A stretch of 64,000 nt of DNA from Eledone cirrhosa. Its lineage: Eukaryota. Location of the stretch: the NCBI GenBank assembly GCA_964016885.1, contig OZ024743.1, forward strand, positions 342,240,001-342,304,000, given 5' to 3'. Shown piece by piece: positions 59,745-64,000 of the stretch (position 1 is its first letter; each line of letters starts with the position of its first letter). A program made the position numbers and the translations under genes. The notes beneath the pieces are model-generated. The model made no database searches. It was not told where the DNA came from and saw only the letters and a program-made list of their open reading frames with translations.

Positions 59745-61215
59745 TCTCTATCTCTCTATATATAAAACGGTAGATGTCTGTATGTGTGTATGTATGATTT
59801 TTATGCATTTCCACATTTCTCTACCAATTTTGATGAATTTTTTCCCAATGTGCTCCACATTTACCAGGGGAGGTCAACATGTAATTATTTTTGGCAAAAG
59901 TGTCCTGCTTCTATGAAAAAAAATCGATAATACTAAATACATGCTGTAACCCTCTCTCTTACATGCTTCATTCCTCTCACTACTACTATCAAAAATATAT
60001 GAAACTACATACATGTTGCATCTCTCTTTAAAAGGTTCATATTTTCCACTACTCCACTCTCAATCTCATCTCCAACTCTCTTTAAAAGGTTCATCACTCT
60101 CTCTACCCCCCCCCCCCCCCTAAATCTCCTCTGCAACTCTCTTTAAAAGGTTACTGCCTCCGTCTACTACCCTATCAACATTACAATTTAGAACGACAAA
60201 ACTTCTTTTGAAGGAACGCGACACAAACTTTGAAACCTAATCAACACAACAACCATAGTTTTACTCTCTCTACAATAGATTATTCCCCCTCTGTACAGTC
60301 ATAACGACACTCATACATAAAATATCAAAATTTAAAAAGCCGATAACACTAAATACATACTGCTCTATCAACGTTATATTTTACACACTTACAATTTACA
60401 TCAAATAACAAATATTCAAAAGCAACAGATGAATTTATAAAACAACAAACGTAACAATAACGACCTCTCTATAATTTAACTGCTTTACTCTCTCTGTCGC
60501 TCTTCACTCCCTATATGACAACACTGCAGAGAGAGAAACAATGTATATGATCAAATGGAGCGTTCCGTATATTCCCCCTCTCTATAATTTAACTGCTTTA
60601 CTCTCTCTGTCTTTCTTCACTCCCTATATGACAACACTGCAGAGAGAGAAACAATGTATATGATCAAATGGAGCGTTCCGTATATTCCTCCTCTCTATAA
60701 TTTAACTGCTTTACTCTTTCTGTCTTTCTTCACTCCCTATATGACAACACTGCAGCGAGAGAAACAATGTATATGATCAAATGGAGCGTTCCGTATATTC
60801 CTCCTCTCTATAATTTAACTGCTTTACACTCTCTGTCTTTCTTCACTCCCTATATGACAACACTGCAGTGGATCGTTCCGTATTGAGCGTTCTGTATTAG
60901 CATACGGCTTATCTGGGGCATTTTCAATCGACTTATTGCAAATAACAACCGGCAAAAGAACACTTAATATAACAAATTAATGCTATAGACATATGAATCG
61001 GAATGTAACCCGTGAACTTTTTCCTGGGCAAAATTATTCAAACAGACATGACCTCATTGCCAGAGTGTTCAGACTGAAACTGGCTAAACTCATGGCTTTA
61101 ATCAAAAAGGTCGGGTATTTGGGGCTGTAAAATGTGACATGTTCACCGTGGAATGACAAATACGAGGGCTGCCACATGCTCACATTTTGATTTGGTTAGC
61201 TGATAAAATCAATTC
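59745..61215 (+). mobile_element. Truncated Helitron with Rep fragment
   Basis: TCTCTATATATAAAA 5' end; 60996-61210 reads ELFPGQNYSNRHDLIARVFRLKL..VFGAV..VE*QIRGLPHAHILIWL (HUH motif). Confidence 0.8.
60464..60868. repeat. 113-bp minisatellite, about 3.6 copies, inside the Helitron
   Basis: ATAATTTAACTGCTTTAC at 60471, 60584, 60697, 60810. Confidence 0.92.
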
Positions 61216-61236
61216 AAATGCCATAACTGGCGTAAC

Positions 61237-61655
61237 CATGTCCGAAGGAAGTTGACCATTAGCTACCGCAGATTTCAACGAAATTCGCTTAGTCAGTTCA
61301 CACATTTTTTTAATTGTTTAATTTATAATTTCTGATATTTGATTTAGGATTTTAATTTATATTTCCAACTCTCACTCTTAACTTCCAATGTAAAACCATG
61401 ATACCTAGAATTAAGTTTATTTTCCCTTATGAGTTGATGGTCAGTCGTACTGTCCACGCTTGGTGAGAGGTAGTATTATGACCTGTAAAAAATAACACTC
61501 TCCCATCCCCTCTGGCTTTCGGCTGACTGCCAGTCGGGATGGGTAGCAGTAAACTATGGTACAGGCCTAGGTGGGCCATTGTGTGGCTGAGAGGGTGAAC
61601 TGACTAAGCGAATTTCGTTGAAATCGTAGCTAATGGTCAAATTCCATCGGACATG
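61237..61655. repeat. Inverted repeat, about 60-bp arms (61237-61301 and 61595-61655)
   Basis: CATGTCCGA..GATTTCAACGAAATTCGCTTAGTCAGTTCAC versus GTGAACTGACTAAGCGAATTTCGTTGAAATC..TCGGACATG. Confidence 0.8.
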
Positions 61656-61910
61656 CGCCTGCGCAGACCGGTGGGGGTGAATTGGTACTCACAGGGGAAC
61701 GGATGAAAAACCCAAAAAGCACGCACTTCATCCGTTCCCATGTCGATTCAATTTGGATTGCCTCGGAAACATAACCTTATTATGTAACAAGCTGCCTAAT
61801 GATGTCACGACACTCGCACACAGAACAGTGTGGCCAGTGTCGTCATTGAAATATATATCACAGCATTATTATTAAAGGACATGAACATCTGAAACTACTT
61901 CGCTTTTCCT

Positions 61911-61990
<80 letters not shown>

Positions 61991-62582
61991 GAATATATAT
62001 ATATATATACGAATATGATATGTGAATGCGGGTTGCGATGTACGATAATAAAGGCTGTTATATAGACAATCCTGGCGACCCTGATACGCTGGTGATGATT
62101 ATATGTTGCTCGAATAAGATTCTGCAAAATTACTATAACCTGGTTTGTTATCCAACGTAGCAAAGATTATTTCATTGGTCAGATAGCTGATTTCTTTCAA
62201 ACTCCCTAATACTTCATCTAAATATATTGGCGTGCCACAACGCAGTGATTTATTTCTGTCTATAGAGATACACTACTCTGACATAGTACTATTTAACCAG
62301 AGTAACACCTCGGGAATATGAGTGAAGAAGCACAACCACAGACCTACAATTATTTCCGTTGCCTTACACAATGAGTTAACTTCTCGCCTCCCTTATTCCT
62401 CTAATAATTCTTTAGTAGTAATTTTATATCTCTTATTTACCTTTTACACAATGTATAGTATTCTTATATTGTTTAATGTATTGTATGATTTTCGTTATCA
62501 GATATGTGACGCCAAATCATGTTTTCCCGTTATTCCTCTCTATTTGCCTTTGTTATTATATATATATATATATATATATATT

Positions 62583-62613
<31 letters not shown>

Positions 62614-62615
<2 letters not shown>

Positions 62616-64000
62616 CGGCGATGAATTAGTTTTGCGAGGTTTTTTATATGAAATCGTGTGTCGAAACAAATATTCTTATACTTGGGGAGGGTCATATTTG
62701 TGTAATATTGCCAGAATTAATAACAGAACACACTCATTGTTTGGTTGGTTTTCGCTTTTCGCTTCTGTGTCTTTTATATCGGTAATCTAATTTATTCGGT
62801 CCTCAATGTTGCCATTGACTAACCAACGGTCAAAAATAATTGTTTCTACTTTTGGCACAAGGCCAGCAATTATCCAGTGCATTACTGGTACTTTATTTTA
62901 TCGACCCCGTAAGGATGAAAGGCAAAGTTAACCTCGGCGGGATTTGAACTCAAACCATAAAGGGGCGTAACTCTTTGCTGCAAAGCATAGCGTCTGACCC
63001 TCTACCGATACTGCCAATCCACCAACGGTCAAAAATAATGCAGATACAATATAGACACAAACACATATATATAGTATATCAAAGTTCTTTCGTTGCACAT
63101 CTGCAACATCGTCAGTGGTGCTATTGTTTCCTCCCGTTGCATTGTATTTTCTACGCCATCAATATTTAGTCTGTTTATATATTTATTTATTTGTTTATTT
63201 TATTTTGTCTTCTTTGTGCATGCGTTTGCGTGTGTGTATAGTGTTTTGTTTGATGTGTGTTCGTGATTGGGTGACTGCGTATTGGTTAATGTATTCTATC
63301 TTTACTAGTGTGTGTTTATATGTGTTTGTTTTTATTGTGCTTGTGTATGTATATATTTATTTATTTATTTATTTATCTATTTATTTAGAAAAGCCAGGAA
63401 CCACCATAACATCCCTGATCAGCAAAACCTACCCTTTTAAGAAAACCCACTGTACTAATAGGAAATGTATCATATGTAAGGTAAACCCCCAGATAAACTG
63501 TAAAACTAGAAACGTAGTCTATAGCATAAGATGTACAGAGGGTACTTGCAGAAATATGACAACAACATACATAGGCGAGACAGTTCGTAGCATAGGTGAA
63601 AGGATAGACCAACACTGGGGGGAACTAAAAGGACGAAAAAACGGTTCAGTACTATACGAACCTGCCAGACAACAACACGACGGTAACATAGACAACATAG
63701 AAATTAGAAAAATATCTAAACATAGAAATGACCCAGCAGATAGGCAAATTAGAGAAGCAAGTGAAATAGAACTTAGAAGGCCAAGGCTAAACAGAAAGAA
63801 TGAATGGAATAACAACAACACCCAAACAAACAACACCGACCTAAGAGAAGTATAAATAAATAAATAGATAAATAAATAAATATATACATACACAAGCACA
63901 ATAACAACAAACACATATAAACACACACTAGTAAAGATAGAATACATTAACCAATACGCAGTCACCCAATCACGAACACACATCAAACAAAACACTATAC
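62614..64000. mobile_element. Naiad-like fold-back: tailed 3' UTR on minus (62614-63385) and GIY-YIG plus UTR on plus (63386-64000, runs off the window)
   Basis: EKPGTTITSLISKTYPF..CIIC..VVYSIRC..YIGETVRSIGERIDQH..RQIREASEI..LNRKNEW; arms 63208-63385 and 63850-64000. Confidence 0.88.
62841..63023 (-). mobile_element. SINE family A inserted in the Naiad UTR with about 19-bp target-site duplication
   Basis: ACCAACGGTCAAAAATAAT at 62822-62840 and 63021-63039. Confidence 0.88.

Overview
AT-rich, microsatellite-saturated eukaryotic DNA with no recognisable host gene. The SINE and microsatellite repertoire suggests an octopus/cephalopod genome (inference). Nearly all ORFs in the track are translations of (TA)n/(TG)n/(GA)n. 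The window is a nest of mobile elements: decayed Penelope-like retroelements (PLEs; Penelope/Poseidon-, Neptune- and Naiad-like), a CRE-clade non-LTR element, RTE fragments, Helitrons, a mariner, a Tc2/pogo-like MITE and tRNA-derived SINEs. Two hidden patterns stand out. (1) About 30 type I hammerhead ribozyme (HHR) motifs from many unrelated families can be folded by eye. Most have a palindromic stem III, and several have recurrent core variants (U3-A8 compensatory, U4A, G5A). (2) More than a dozen insertions share one architecture: a fold-back lying between (TA)n tracts, with two element 3' ends pointing outward, one short and one carrying an extra tail of about 35-175 bp. One of these is a non-coding, circularly permuted 595-bp HHR unit resembling a retrozyme. 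All structures were derived by manual inspection, so coordinates may be off by a few bases.
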